In this document: positions 29,208 through 39,908 of the stretch, in pieces | How the letters are laid out: each line of letters begins with the position of its first letter | Numbering within the stretch: the stretch's first letter is position 1 | Origin: an uncultured Chloroflexia bacterium | Lineage (GTDB): Bacteria; Chloroflexota; Anaerolineae; JAAYZQ01 | Length of the DNA stretch: 64,000 nt | Direction: 5' to 3' | Assembly (NCBI GenBank): GCA_963700285.1 | Contig: CAVOXA010000010.1 | Coordinates: 1-64,000, forward strand | Program-made: the position numbers and the translations under genes | Notes under the pieces: generated by a model | The model's input: the letters and a program-made list of their open reading frames with translations, nothing else | Told to the model about the DNA's origin: nothing | The model's database searches: none

Positions 29208-30059
29208 CTAGACCAGTTCGCGCAGTACCTCCACAAAGCCCTCTGCCTCTGGTGTAAGCTGGCCATCTCGCACCAAGGCCTCGCTCAGCGGGCCCAGCTC
29301 CTCGACACTGCCATTCATCAGCCGTTGTCCCAGGCGCGAGCGTCCCAACTCTCTCAGATCCTCCGTGAGCGGGTCAGCCACCGTGTGGTCGTCCCGAATC
29401 CGCCCATCGCGCATGGTCAGGATGCGATCCGTGGCCCGCGCTACCCGCCGGTCGTGGGTCACGACGATGATGGTCGTCCCCTGGCTCTTGTTCAATTCAG
29501 CCAGCAGTTCCATAATCTCCGTTCCAGAGGCGCTGTCCAGGTTGCCGGTCGGCTCGTCAGCCAGTATGAGTTGTGGTTCGTTGGCCAGAGAGCGGGCAAT
29601 GGCCACCCGCTGTCGCTGCCCGCCAGACAGTTGTGACGGCAGGTGCTTCATGCGGTCGGCCAGCCCGACCAGTTTCAGTAGCTCTTTTGCCCGCTCGCGC
29701 CGCGCCCGCCGGCCGATGGGCTGCCCACGCATGGGCACTTCCACATTCTCCTGGGCTGTGAGCGTGGGCAACAGATTGTGCAACTGAAAGACAAAACCCA
29801 CGGTCTGCGCCCGGAACTTGTCCAGGTTACGCACGGTGGCCAGATCTTGGTCAGCGATCAACACCTGGCCACTAGTAGGCCGGTCCAACCCGCCAAGCAT
29901 ATTCAACAGCGTGCTCTTGCCGCTGCCCGAGGGCCCCATGACAGCCACCATCTCGCCCTGGGGGATGACAAGGTCCACACCATCCAGGGCTCGCACCTGG
30001 TCGCCGTCGCCGTAGATTTTGGTCAGTTCACGTGTTTCTACTAGGTGCATCTCTGTCAT
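29208..30059 (-). CDS. ABC transporter ATP-binding protein (MacB/LolD-like)
   Basis: GPSGSGKST, LSGGQRQRVAIAR, LADEPTGNLD, VTHD. Confidence 0.92.
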   Translation of the reverse strand: MTEMHLVETRELTKIYGDGDQVRALDGVDLVIPQGEMVAVMGPSGSGKSTLLNMLGGLDRPTSGQVLIADQDLATVRNLDKFRAQTVGFVFQLHNLLPTLTAQENVEVPMRGQPIGRRARRERAKELLKLVGLADRMKHLPSQLSGGQRQRVAIARSLANEPQLILADEPTGNLDSASGTEIMELLAELNKSQGTTIIVVTHDRRVARATDRILTMRDGRIRDDHTVADPLTEDLRELGRSRLGQRLMNGSVEELGPLSEALVRDGQLTPEAEGFVEVLRELV

Positions 30060-30091
30060 ACAAGTCCTCTGCAATCATTCAGCCAATGGCT

Positions 30092-32335
30092 TTACTCGTA
30101 CCGCAGCGCCTCAACCGGATGCATGCGCGTCGCCCGCCAGGCGGGGTAGAGCCCACCCAGCACACCTGTCACCAAGGCCACAGCTAGAGCCAGCAAGAAC
30201 AAGTCAGGCGTGTAGGTCGGGTCCAGCATCCCCTTAATCATTGGGATCTGGTTAATTGCCCAGGCAAAGCCCAAGCCCAGAAGGATGCCCGCGATACCGC
30301 CGAGCAGTCCCAGGACCAGTGCTTCGCGCAGGGTCATGCCTACAACCTGCCGCCTCCGCCAGCCCAAGGCTCGCAGCACGCCGATCTCGCGTGTCCGCTC
30401 CAGCACGCTCATCAGCATGGTATTCAACATCCCCACGCCGCCAATGAAAACGGCCAAGAACGCGATCTGACCCATCATATCCTGCGATGCTTGGAGGTCG
30501 GGTATGTTCTCGGCGAACTCGGAGGTGAGAGACACGTCGATCTCGGGGAAATTGGCGTCCAGGTAGGCTCTCACCTCCTCCGCCTTGCCAGGATCGCGGA
30601 GTTTAATGCCGTACATCGTGACCTGATGCGGTCTGCCAGCAAGCCTCTGGGCGTCGCGGAGGGTGATAACTCCCCCAACCTCCTCCCAGGCCACGCCTGT
30701 CTCAAAGATGCCTACGACCCGGAATGCGCTATCCAACACGTGAACCGTGTCCCCCACCTCCATGCCCAGTGTTTCGGCTGCCTGGCGGCCCAGGAGTATC
30801 TGCCGGTTGGTGGCCAGTGGTTCCCCTTCCACGATCTTGAAGTGCTTGATGGCAAATTCGCGGGGGTTGTAGCCCCACAGGATGAAAAAGGCCATCTCTT
30901 CTGTACTCGAAAAAGCAAAGCCTGTGCCAGCAACCCCAGCTACCTCAGGCAGCCCGGCCAGTCGCGCACCCACCCGCTCGTCGATCGTGCTGTAGCCCAT
31001 GTCGGAGACATCCGCCTCCAGGGCCATCAGGTCGATCTCGCTGCCCATGGCCATGTCCGTATATCCCTGCGCCATGCCGGCCATCAGCCCCCTCAGAGCG
31101 ACGATGGCTGCGATGCCAACGCCAATTCCAAGCACGGTCAAGAGGGTACGCGTCCGCCGCCGCCAGAGATTGCGCAGCGTCAGTCCGCCCGGCAGGAACC
31201 GAGGAGGGTCCGAGCCGCCGCCACCTTCATAGTTCAACGCCTCCAGCGGCAGCAGGCGGCTGGCCCACCAGGCCGGGTAGGCCCCGCCCACCAACCCGAG
31301 GACAGCCACGACGATTAGGGCCCGGACAAAGAGGTCGGGCGTAAAGTGGGTGCCGGCCATGCTCAAGAAGCCAAGCCCGCCCCCGCCGCTGATCAGGCTG
31401 ACCAGCCCGACTCCCAGTACAATGCCGACCAGGCCACCCAACAGGGCGAGAACCAAAGATTCGCCCAGAATGAGGCGCAGCACCTGTCCCCGGCGCCAGC
31501 CGAGCGCCCGCAGCAGGCCGATCTCCCGCGTGCGCTCAAAGACGGACATGAACAGGGTGTTGGTCATTACCAACCCACCGATGAGGATGGCCAGGCCTGA
31601 AATCCCCCAGGCAAAGCCCTCCATATATGCGACCATCTCCTGCCGGTCGGCAAATTCCGACGTAGTGGACAGGGTCACGTCGTCGAGGTAACGATCGGCC
31701 CTGGTTCGCAATCGCGCTTCTTCCTCGGGGCTCCGCAGCCGGAGGTAGTACATCGAAACACGTCGCGGCTGCAGCAGCAGCGACTGAGCCTCGTCCAGCG
31801 ACATGACTGCCCCACCATCCTCAAAGGCGGAGCCGGTTTCATAGATGCCGACGATGCGAAAAGCCCCCCCGGTGATGCGCAGGGTATCGCCGACCCCCTT
31901 TTCCATGCTGTCAGCCGCCGACCGGCCCAGCAGGATGGGCTTGCCCCGCACCCGCCGGGCTTCGTCCAGGGCCTGGCCCTCAACGATGCGAAAGTGGGCG
32001 ATGGCGAACCCCTCGGGGTCGTAGCCATAGATGTAGAAATAGGGCGAATCCTCTGCCTGGACGTTGCCTACCAGCGCGCCGTCGACCTCTACGACCTCAG
32101 GCCAGCCCAGCAGTTGCTCGCCGACCGATTCCTCCAGTCCACCCATGGTTATGTCCATGGCGCTTTCCTGGGTGAGCACCAGGTCGGCATCGCTGCCCGT
32201 GGCCATGGCGTCGTAACCCGCGCGCATCCCAGCCGCCATGGCCCCCAGGGCGATGATGGCAGCGACACCGATGGCTATGCCAAAGAGCGTCAGCAGCGTA
32301 CGTCCTTTGCGGCGGAAGAGATTCTTCCAGATCAT
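30092..32335 (-). CDS. ABC exporter permease with duplicated MacB-PCD/FtsX halves
   Basis: Two repeats of RxxRTLLT..GI...ERTREIG.LRALGW...YPAW. Confidence 0.9.
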   Translation of the reverse strand: MIWKNLFRRKGRTLLTLFGIAIGVAAIIALGAMAAGMRAGYDAMATGSDADLVLTQESAMDITMGGLEESVGEQLLGWPEVVEVDGALVGNVQAEDSPYFYIYGYDPEGFAIAHFRIVEGQALDEARRVRGKPILLGRSAADSMEKGVGDTLRITGGAFRIVGIYETGSAFEDGGAVMSLDEAQSLLLQPRRVSMYYLRLRSPEEEARLRTRADRYLDDVTLSTTSEFADRQEMVAYMEGFAWGISGLAILIGGLVMTNTLFMSVFERTREIGLLRALGWRRGQVLRLILGESLVLALLGGLVGIVLGVGLVSLISGGGGLGFLSMAGTHFTPDLFVRALIVVAVLGLVGGAYPAWWASRLLPLEALNYEGGGGSDPPRFLPGGLTLRNLWRRRTRTLLTVLGIGVGIAAIVALRGLMAGMAQGYTDMAMGSEIDLMALEADVSDMGYSTIDERVGARLAGLPEVAGVAGTGFAFSSTEEMAFFILWGYNPREFAIKHFKIVEGEPLATNRQILLGRQAAETLGMEVGDTVHVLDSAFRVVGIFETGVAWEEVGGVITLRDAQRLAGRPHQVTMYGIKLRDPGKAEEVRAYLDANFPEIDVSLTSEFAENIPDLQASQDMMGQIAFLAVFIGGVGMLNTMLMSVLERTREIGVLRALGWRRRQVVGMTLREALVLGLLGGIAGILLGLGFAWAINQIPMIKGMLDPTYTPDLFLLALAVALVTGVLGGLYPAWRATRMHPVEALRYE

Positions 32336-32423
32336 AAATCACTCCGAAGAGGCATCAGGTAGCCAAGAGAACCAACAGGTCGGCCCCACAGGGCCTTCAG
32401 ACTCATCTGACCAACTCGGCAGC

Positions 32424-33845
32424 TTATTCCGTCTCAATATCCACAAATGCCGTCATGCCCCAGCGCAGGGCCGGATCGGTTTCCTCGAATTCGATGATCA
32501 CGGTGTACGTGGTGGCGCCCTGGCCCGGTGTGGCCATGGATGCGATTCGAGCGACGCGGCCGGGCAAGACTTTCTCAGGTAAGGCATCAAAGGTCAGGTC
32601 GACGGGCTGGCCGGGCTGAACCACAGCTACGTCGATCTCGTCCAGGTCCGTCGTCTCCACCCGCAGATCGGCCAGGTCACCCAACACCATCACGGTCTGG
32701 CCCGGGAGCACCTCCTCCCCCTCGCGGACATACACCAGGCCCACGGTTCCATCAAAGGGTACGGTCAGCCTGGCCCAGTCGAGCATAGCCTGGGCCGTGG
32801 CCACCGTTTCGCGTCCCTGAGCCACAGCAGCCTCGGCCACAGCCACCTGCTCAGCCGTGGGGCCAGCCAGCAGCCGGTCCAGCGCCGCCTGGGCCTGGGC
32901 AGTCTGGGCTTTTGCGGCCTCCAACCCCGCCTGAGCCTGGCTCACGGCTGCATCAGCCTGCACAACTTGGCTCTCGGCTTGGGCCACCTGCGTCTCGGCC
33001 TGGGTTACCTGGACTTGACTCAATGCCTTTTGGGCTCGGGCGTTCTCTATAGCAGCTCGTGCCGGCGCCAGGTCCGTTTGGCGAGGTCCAGCGGCCAGCC
33101 GATCGTACTCTGCCTGCACCCGCTCCAGATCGAGGGTCGCCTGCTCCAGGGCTAGCGCCTGGGGCGAGTCGCTGGACCTGTCGGTGTGGTCGTACTGCGC
33201 CTGGGCCAGACGGACAGCTGCGCGGGCCTGCTCCAGACCGGCGCGGGCGCTGGCCAGTTCCTCCGAACGGGCGCCAGCCTGGGAACGCAGCAGTTCAGCC
33301 TCTGCGATCTTGATGCCAGCCTCGGCAATGGTCACCTGTGCCTGGGCAACCGCTACTGCATCCTGAGCGGCGGCCACCGCCGAATGGGCCTGGCCCAGCC
33401 CCGCTTCAGCGGCCTCGACCTGCGCCTGAGCGACCGCCTCATTGGACTGAGCAGCGGCTACGGCCTGTTGCGCCGACGCCACGTCCTGCGGGTGGGCGTC
33501 CGCCTTGACTTGGGCCAGGTTGGCCTCTGCGGAAAAAAGGGCCGCTTCCGCTTCGGCGACCGCCCTTTCCAACTGGATGGCGTCAAGCTCGGCAAGCAAA
33601 TCCCCGGCCCTTACATCTTGACCTTCCTCCGCATACATGGTGGTCACCGTGCCCCCCATGGGGAAGCTCAGGTTCGCCCACCGGGCCGGGCGTACCTCAC
33701 CCGTAGCTGAAACAACGTTGACTTCATCGACGGTTGGCGCGACGTCGGTCGTGTCAGAACTGTCTGACGAACCACCAGCATCGCAGGCCACGAGCGAAAG
33801 CGACAGCAGGAGCAGGATGAGAATCACTGATAGTCGGGTATGCAT
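32424..33845 (-). CDS. HlyD/efflux periplasmic adaptor lipoprotein
   Basis: LVAC lipobox, lipoyl-like ends, long Ala/Gln coiled coil, PFDGTV, LRWGMTA. Confidence 0.88.
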   Translation of the reverse strand: MHTRLSVILILLLLSLSLVACDAGGSSDSSDTTDVAPTVDEVNVVSATGEVRPARWANLSFPMGGTVTTMYAEEGQDVRAGDLLAELDAIQLERAVAEAEAALFSAEANLAQVKADAHPQDVASAQQAVAAAQSNEAVAQAQVEAAEAGLGQAHSAVAAAQDAVAVAQAQVTIAEAGIKIAEAELLRSQAGARSEELASARAGLEQARAAVRLAQAQYDHTDRSSDSPQALALEQATLDLERVQAEYDRLAAGPRQTDLAPARAAIENARAQKALSQVQVTQAETQVAQAESQVVQADAAVSQAQAGLEAAKAQTAQAQAALDRLLAGPTAEQVAVAEAAVAQGRETVATAQAMLDWARLTVPFDGTVGLVYVREGEEVLPGQTVMVLGDLADLRVETTDLDEIDVAVVQPGQPVDLTFDALPEKVLPGRVARIASMATPGQGATTYTVIIEFEETDPALRWGMTAFVDIETE

Positions 33846-33867
33846 GCAAATACCTCCTTGAAAGACA

Positions 33868-33893
33868 CAACGGCGCTGAACCGGCCAGATTCC
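33868..33893 (-). promoter_or_regulatory. Putative ECF-type promoter of the exporter operon
   Basis: Minus strand GGAAT-16 bp-CGTTG just upstream of the AAGGAGG RBS. Confidence 0.4.
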
Positions 33894-34144
33894 CGTGCGC
33901 GTCGCGACAGAGAACCAACCCGAAACCCGTTTCGGCGCCTCTCCAGGTCTCACTCTACTTCAGAAAACTGGCTGTAGCTTGACACTCACGGGCCATCTTG
34001 AGGACAACCACTCGACAGTCACTGTCAGAAAGACCCATACCCGACAGGCCACCACGCCATCTTTTCTGGGGGAGAGGGCGCCTCAGTCAACATACAGGCA
34101 AGCCAGATGGCCGCTGTTCGCCCTTGGCCACCAGCACTGTTCAG

Positions 34145-34780
34145 CTATTGACCCGACGCGCCAGGGTTTGCTGGCGCACTTTCCCACATCCTGAGGAATT
34201 CTCGCACCTGATCGGAGGAATGCAAAAGGGCAAACCGAGTCACTTGCCGCCCCAGATCCTTCAGGCGCTGCTCTAGTTCAGGATCCTTTGGGCGCCCGGC
34301 GGCATCAAAGGCCTTCCATGCCTCGGAGATCGAGACCTCCTCGGGGATCACCCAGGCATGGAGCGCCCGGCCAATGGTTCGCAGGGTGTTGAGCGCATGC
34401 GCGGCCCCCGTCCGTCCACCGGAGACTCCGACGAGACCGATCATCTTGCCCTCAAATTCTCGAAAGCCCATGAGGTCCAATGCGTTCTTTAACACGCCGC
34501 TCAAGCTGGCATGGTAGACTGGCGTCCCCAGAAGGATGCCGTGCGCCTCAGCCACGTCCTGGCGCATCTGGAGCACGCCAGCCGGATAGCCATTCTCATC
34601 CCTGCGTCCATCACAGAAGGTGAGATCGTAGTCACGCAGATCGACCAGATGAGTCTGGGCTCCCACCTCTTCCGCACCCTGCAGGGCAACTCGAAGCGCC
34701 AGACGCGTGTAGCTGGCTTCTCTTAGACTGCCACAGATACCAACAACGCGGATGCATAGTTCAGCACTCTCTGGCTTCAT
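34145..34780 (-). CDS. NADPH-dependent FMN reductase
   Basis: GSLREASYT, TPVYHASLSGVLKNALD, GVSGG. Confidence 0.9.
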   Translation of the reverse strand: MKPESAELCIRVVGICGSLREASYTRLALRVALQGAEEVGAQTHLVDLRDYDLTFCDGRRDENGYPAGVLQMRQDVAEAHGILLGTPVYHASLSGVLKNALDLMGFREFEGKMIGLVGVSGGRTGAAHALNTLRTIGRALHAWVIPEEVSISEAWKAFDAAGRPKDPELEQRLKDLGRQVTRFALLHSSDQVREFLRMWESAPANPGASGQ

Positions 34781-34829
34781 GGCATCTCTCCGGCCCGGCG
34801 CTCGAGGTACCCTGGCTTCGCAAGGCAGA

Positions 34830-35165
34830 TCAGCTCATCACCTTGGTCACGACAAAGATGTAGCGCAGTGTACCTGAGCCCGTGTTTACCACATCGTGAT
34901 CCGACTGCGGGGGACAGTAGGCAGCGACCCCGGGCTCGATGGGCAACGGATCGTGCCCATCGATCTGTAGCTCACCCTGCCCTTCCAGGACCGTGATCAA
35001 TTCTTCCCAACCCTTGGTGCTGTGCATGCCCACCGAACTGCCTGGGGCAAGCGTGACCACACCCGAGTGCAGGGCCAGGCTGTCTGGAGGTCCCTCCAGT
35101 ACAGGCAAATAGCTTGATGTTCCACCACCAAGTGAAATTAGGCGAGGCTGAGGGTTGTCTTCCAT
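34830..35165 (-). CDS. Cupin domain protein
   Basis: LAPG..VGMHST..EE...VLEGQG...YCPPQSDHDVVNTG. Confidence 0.85.
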   Translation of the reverse strand: MEDNPQPRLISLGGGTSSYLPVLEGPPDSLALHSGVVTLAPGSSVGMHSTKGWEELITVLEGQGELQIDGHDPLPIEPGVAAYCPPQSDHDVVNTGSGTLRYIFVVTKVMS

Positions 35166-35316
35166 AGCTTTACCAAGACCTTTCTGTCAAGGATCTTCTC
35201 TCGCCCTGCATCGTTCGAGTGTACCGTGCAAATCCGCCAGCAAACCAGGAATAGGGGGACAATCTCCGGTCTTGTCCCTGACCAGCATGGGCACAAGCAC
35301 CGACCCAAAAGAAAAG

Positions 35317-35389
35317 CACCCCCAGCAGGATTTGAACCTGCGACCGACGGCTTAGAAGGCCGCTGCTCTGTCCTCTGAGCTATGGGGGC
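35317..35389 (-). tRNA. tRNA-Arg (anticodon TCT)
   Basis: GCCCCCA acceptor stem, TAGCTCAG D arm, CTTCTAA anticodon loop, GGTTCAAATCC T arm; CCA not encoded. Confidence 0.93.
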
Positions 35390-35473
35390 GAACAAGCTAT
35401 CAGCTCTTGGCCTACAGCGGTCAGCAAGAAGTAATTGCCTCATGCTTGAACTGCTGATAGCTTCATGGTTGAT

Positions 35474-35502
35474 ATTCTAGCCCAGGATCGGCTGGTTGTC
35501 AA
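35474..35502 (-). promoter_or_regulatory. sigma70 promoter of tRNA-Arg
   Basis: Minus strand TTGACA-17 bp-TAGAAT. Confidence 0.7.
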
Positions 35503-35528
35503 ACCCTAGGCTGTTGGACAGCGCCAGG

Positions 35529-35689
35529 AGGTATATTGCAACCTTTCGGGTGACTTGTGCAGAGACGCCGTCATTCTGAGTGAGGCGAAGAATCTCGGCT
35601 GCGTACAGGTGAGATTCTTCACTCCGCTGCGCTTCGTTCAGAATGACATGCGCCGGGCCTTATGTTATCCAGATATCTGCAATACACCC
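35529..35689. repeat. REP/BIME pair enclosed in short terminal inverted repeats (MITE-like)
   Basis: GTCATTCTGAGTGAGGCGAAGAATCT ... AGATTCTTCACTCCGCTGCGCTTCGTTCAGAATGAC (35570-35647), flanked by GGTATATTGCA / TGCAATACACC. Confidence 0.6.
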
Positions 35690-35707
35690 AGTACCAGGCT
35701 GGCAGTC

Positions 35708-36130
35708 TCAGTCCAAAAACCGCGCCAGGCCGCCCTCCGCTAACCAGGCTCGAAAGCTGTCCAGGTCGGGCAGTACCACGTCGGACAAGTGGCGGACCAC
35801 CCAGTTGGCCGCCATGGGCGAGATGGTGACCAGCGGCTTACCTGCCCGGAATCCCTCCCACATCTCGATGGCCGTGCCCATGCTGGCCTTGGGCGCAAAG
35901 GCCACCACCACGTCGGCTTGGCCCGCCAGGTCGGCCAACTCCAACAGCGTGGCCTTGGAGGTGTCATCGTCATAGTCCACGCCGTTGGGGTGGAGTTCAT
36001 TGGGATCCACGATCACCCAATCCGGGTGATGGGCCAGGATCGCCTCGGCAATGATCCGGCGGTAGTCTTGGGTGTCAATGTAGCGGTCCAGCCGTGAGCC
36101 CTGCATGATACCAGCGATGAAAACCTGCAC
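35708..36130 (-). CDS. Nucleoside 2-deoxyribosyltransferase-like (N-glycosidase fold) protein
   Basis: VFIAG, DP, ADVVVAF...SMGTAIEMWE...GKP pattern. Confidence 0.6.
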   Translation of the reverse strand: MQVFIAGIMQGSRLDRYIDTQDYRRIIAEAILAHHPDWVIVDPNELHPNGVDYDDDTSKATLLELADLAGQADVVVAFAPKASMGTAIEMWEGFRAGKPLVTISPMAANWVVRHLSDVVLPDLDSFRAWLAEGGLARFLD

Positions 36131-36252
36131 GCTACACCTCTCTATCGTGTGCTTCGTAGTACGGGCTACGTGTTGCGTGTTTCGTGGTGCGTGGTCTGGA
36201 CATCACGCTCGCAACGACGAATCCCTGGTCCCTGGTATCCAGTCTCTGGCCC

Positions 36253-37467
36253 CTAGTGCCGGTAGGGCAAGAACTCGGCGCCCAGCAACTCGCGGGCAAT
36301 GACCAGGCGCATGATATTCATCGTTCCCTCGGCGCCGATGGAATAGGAGCGGATGCCGCGGATGCCCATCTCGACGGGACACTCTTTGGTGTAGGCCATG
36401 GCCCCAAACCAGTCGGCCACCTCGTTCATGATGGAAAAGCCCACCTGGGGCGCGCGGAGCTTGGCCAGAGCCGCGGCCAGGGCGATGTCGTAGTGGGTCT
36501 TGGTCCCTGGCCCGTACTTTTGGTCCATCGTCCACGCCGCCTTGTAGACCAACAGACGCGTGCTCTCCAGGTTGGCATAGTGATCGGCCAGGGGGAAAGA
36601 AATACCCTCGTATGCAGCCAGGGGGCGGCCAAAAGCCTGTCGCTCCTTGACGTGCTCCATGCCCATCTCCATCACCGCCTCGGAGGCGCCCACACAGGTA
36701 GCTCCAATGAGCACGCGTGCCGCCGAAAAGCCCTCCATGGCCTGGTAAAAGCCACGGTTCACGTCGCCCACCCGGTGGGCATCAGGCAAGCCCACATCCT
36801 CCAGGGCAAAGCCTCCAGTGGAGATGCCCATCCGCCCCATATCCTTGAAATAGGTGGGGGTGATGCCCGGTGTGCCTTTCAAGGGCAGGGCGAAAAAGGT
36901 AAAGGCCCTGTGCTCGGCACCAGGGTCTGGGTCCGTACGAGCCAGCAGCAGGTGGACGCCGCCCATTTCCAGCGATTCGCGCACGCCGCTGATGTACATC
37001 TTTTCCCCGTTGAGGACCCAAGCGTCCCCCTGCTGTACCGCCTTGGTCCGGCAGGTCCCCAGAATGTCAGACCCACCCCCAGGCTCGGTGGTAGCAATGC
37101 CCAGGAAGGCTTCGCCAGCCACTACCTTGGGCAGGGTTTGGGCCTTGAGTTCCGGCGTGCCATACTGGTCCAGGATAAAGCCCCAGGCCGCTTCCACCAG
37201 GTAGAGTACCGGCACTGCCAAACTGATGTCGGCCCGTCCCAGCTCCTCGGCGGCGATGGCGGCCAGGGTCCAGTCCATGTCCGCGCCACCGTACTCTTCA
37301 GAACAGACTGGAGCCAGCAGGCCCAGGCGAGCCATGCCTTTGATGATCTCGCGTGGGATACGCTCCTCCGTGTCAATCTCGCGCACCCGTGGGGCGATCT
37401 CCCTTTGGGCAAAGTCGCGCACCGTCTGCCGCCAAAGCCGTTGTTCCTCGCTCCAACCAAAGTCCAT
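36253..37467 (-). CDS. Acyl-CoA dehydrogenase
   Basis: MDF..SEEQ, TEPGGGSD, LNGEKMYIS, R.AFGRP, GAMAY, IGAEGT. Confidence 0.92.
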   Translation of the reverse strand: MDFGWSEEQRLWRQTVRDFAQREIAPRVREIDTEERIPREIIKGMARLGLLAPVCSEEYGGADMDWTLAAIAAEELGRADISLAVPVLYLVEAAWGFILDQYGTPELKAQTLPKVVAGEAFLGIATTEPGGGSDILGTCRTKAVQQGDAWVLNGEKMYISGVRESLEMGGVHLLLARTDPDPGAEHRAFTFFALPLKGTPGITPTYFKDMGRMGISTGGFALEDVGLPDAHRVGDVNRGFYQAMEGFSAARVLIGATCVGASEAVMEMGMEHVKERQAFGRPLAAYEGISFPLADHYANLESTRLLVYKAAWTMDQKYGPGTKTHYDIALAAALAKLRAPQVGFSIMNEVADWFGAMAYTKECPVEMGIRGIRSYSIGAEGTMNIMRLVIARELLGAEFLPYRH

Positions 37468-37658
37468 AGTCGTCCCCCTGCTCATGAGACTGGGAATGGT
37501 AGTACGTATTGCGTGGTACGTATCACGACAGAACACCCAACCTATTGTTGGTCTTGCCGCTGGATGAAAAGTGCCAGGCATGGTGTGGTACCTGGCACCT
37601 TTTTCAAACGTGGGCCATGGATTTCCCCAGCCGCCTTGTTGGCTAGTCTTGGCCCTTT

Positions 37659-38752
37659 CTACAGCTTGCCGGCGATGGCGCGCGCCATATCCAGGGTACC
37701 GCTGTCACCACCCATGTCGTAGGTACGGACCTTCCCCTCGGCAATGACTGCCGCCACGGCCCCTTCAACCTGGGCCGCTTTTTCGCCTTCGCCCAACCAG
37801 TCGAGCATCATCTTGGCCGCCAGGATCGTGGCGATGGGATTGACCTTGTACTGGCCGGCGTACTTGGGCGCCGAGCCGTGGGTCGGCTCAAAGACCGCAT
37901 AGTCCTTGCCGATGTTGCCACTGCAGCCAAAGCCCAGCCCGCCCACCATCTGGGCGCACAGGTCCGAGATGATGTCGCCAAACAGGTTGGTGGTGACGAT
38001 CACATCGTAGTTGAAGGGGTTCTTGAGCAGCCACATGCCCATGGCGTCGATGTTGGCGTTGTCAAAGTCGATGCTCGGGATACTCGGCCGCCACCTTGCG
38101 CGCCGCATCCATGAACACGCCATCGGTCTGGCGCAGGACATTGGCCTTGTGGACCGCCGTCACCTTCTTGCGGTTGTGCTGCCGCGCATACTCGAACGCC
38201 GCCCGCACGATCCGCTCCGACCCGCCCGGCGTGATGGCCCGGAAGGAGATGGCTGCATCACGCGGGATCTTTTCCATGCCTTTGACCGCATAGAACGCTT
38301 CCGGCACCTGGGCATACTCGACGCCGACATACATGCCCTCGGTGTTCTCGCGAAAGACCACCAGGTCGATGCCGTCCTTGTAGTTCAGCGGGTTGCCCGG
38401 ATAGGCCTTGCAGGGGCGCAGGCAGACGTACAGATCCAGCAGCTGTCGCATGCGCACGATCGGGCTGCGATAGCTATAGCCCTTGCCCTGCAGTTCCGGG
38501 GCCAGCTCCTTGTCTGCCACGTCCTTGCCCTTGGACGTGATGGCACCAAACAAGGCGCAGTCGGTCTCCTTCATCATGTCCAGTGTGCGCTGCGGCAGCG
38601 GATCACCCTCCGCGCACCAGAACTCCCAGCCGATATCGCCGTGGACATACTCGGCCTCGAGGCCGATGCTTGTCCAGCACAATCTGGGCCGCATCCATCA
38701 CCTCGTTGCCAATACCATCACCAGGCATCAGCGCAATCCTGTACTTTGCCAT
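37659..38752 (-). CDS. Isocitrate/isopropylmalate/homoisocitrate dehydrogenase family (two frameshifts)
   Basis: PGDGIGNEV, SPIVRMRQ, RENTEG, VHKANVL, NLFGDIISD, FEPTHGSAP, NPIATI, TYDMGG. Confidence 0.88.
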
Positions 38753-38818
38753 TGCTCAGTCCTCCTTGATGTTTTCCTGATCTTTTCTAGCGTACGAGTA
38801 CCTGACTGGGTACAATTC

Positions 38819-39904
38819 CTAGGGCTTGGGAGCAACCAAGTGCCGCTGGCGCCTGGAACGTACCAAGTAGCCGATAGCTGGCGGTATAATGACCAGCATC
38901 ACCAATTGTCGCGTCAACTGCAGGGCTGCCACCAGCCGGATGTCACCACCCAGGTCATGGGCGATGACGGGCATGGTACTGGCTCCCCCGGGCACGCCAC
39001 ATAGTAGCGCGGTGACCGGATCGAGGGGTGTGAGTTCTGACAACCCCCAACCCAGTAGCAGGCCCACACCGATCAGCACCGCAATCATGGCGGCTGCCGG
39101 CACCAAAACCTGGCGCAGCTTGCGCAGGCTAGCCTTTGATACCTGGCAGCCCACTGAGGTTCCGATGAACAACATGGCCGCATGCCGAAACGCTGTGGGC
39201 AGAGGGCCGAGATCAGCGCCCACCAGATTAGCACCACCCACGACCAAGATGGGCCCCACCATGTCGCCGGTTGGAATGCCAAGCTTGAGCGCGAGCAGGC
39301 CGCCAAACACACCCAAGGCGAGGGCAGCCAATGACGACGCCAAGCCCGCTGGTTCTTCCACCGCCGGAGCCAAGGACGCCCCTGCAGAGAGCCCCGTCAA
39401 CAATGGTATCACGAGTGGGATAACCAACAGAATGGTCGTAAGTCGCGAAAAATGGATAGCAGAGACCACCGTCGAGTCAGCACTCACGTCCTCGGACAGG
39501 GCTGCCATCGCTGGCAGCCCCCCTGGCATCGCACTCATGATTGCGGTTGCCCAATCCAGGCTGGTATAGCGGGCCAGCGCCCACCCGAGGAGCGATCCGA
39601 CAGCCAGAATCACTGCGATGAGCCCGAGCATGGGCAGGAGAGCAGCCTGAAGAGGAGCCAAGAGGTCAGGGCCAAAAGCCGCTCCGATGACCGTGCCCAG
39701 CAGCAGGCGCCCAGCCCTTCCGAATCTCCCCCGCCAGGATCCGGGTTCGCCACCTAGCAAACGATAGATGCCGCTGGCTACCAGCGCTCCGGCAATGATG
39801 CCCGCAGTCAGTCCGAGGGCCTGGCCGGCCAGCGCACCGACGGCCCCGACCGAGAGCACTACCAGTCCCTGGCCAAGCTCGGAGAGCCAGCCCCGGCTGC
39901 GCAT
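38819..39904 (-). CDS. AbrB-family membrane protein (duplicated TM domain)
   Basis: Two halves with PGG motifs (MPGGL, VPGGA); highly hydrophobic. Confidence 0.82.
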   Translation of the reverse strand: MRSRGWLSELGQGLVVLSVGAVGALAGQALGLTAGIIAGALVASGIYRLLGGEPGSWRGRFGRAGRLLLGTVIGAAFGPDLLAPLQAALLPMLGLIAVILAVGSLLGWALARYTSLDWATAIMSAMPGGLPAMAALSEDVSADSTVVSAIHFSRLTTILLVIPLVIPLLTGLSAGASLAPAVEEPAGLASSLAALALGVFGGLLALKLGIPTGDMVGPILVVGGANLVGADLGPLPTAFRHAAMLFIGTSVGCQVSKASLRKLRQVLVPAAAMIAVLIGVGLLLGWGLSELTPLDPVTALLCGVPGGASTMPVIAHDLGGDIRLVAALQLTRQLVMLVIIPPAIGYLVRSRRQRHLVAPKP

Positions 39905-39908
39905 CCTG

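Noticed and set aside
34145-35389. tRNA-anchored genomic island at tRNA-Arg or tRNA-Gly
   Set aside because: No integrase and no duplicated tRNA 3' end noticed in the window.
36145-36255. Degenerate 7-mer repeats (also near 35395-35460 and 37500-37525) as a CRISPR or functional array
   Set aside because: Low-complexity intergenic repeats without constant repeat-spacer periodicity; no cas genes in the window.
36184-37722. 512-aa plus-strand ORF and similar long antisense ORFs elsewhere
   Set aside because: Shadow frames of high-GC genes with clear homology on the opposite strand.
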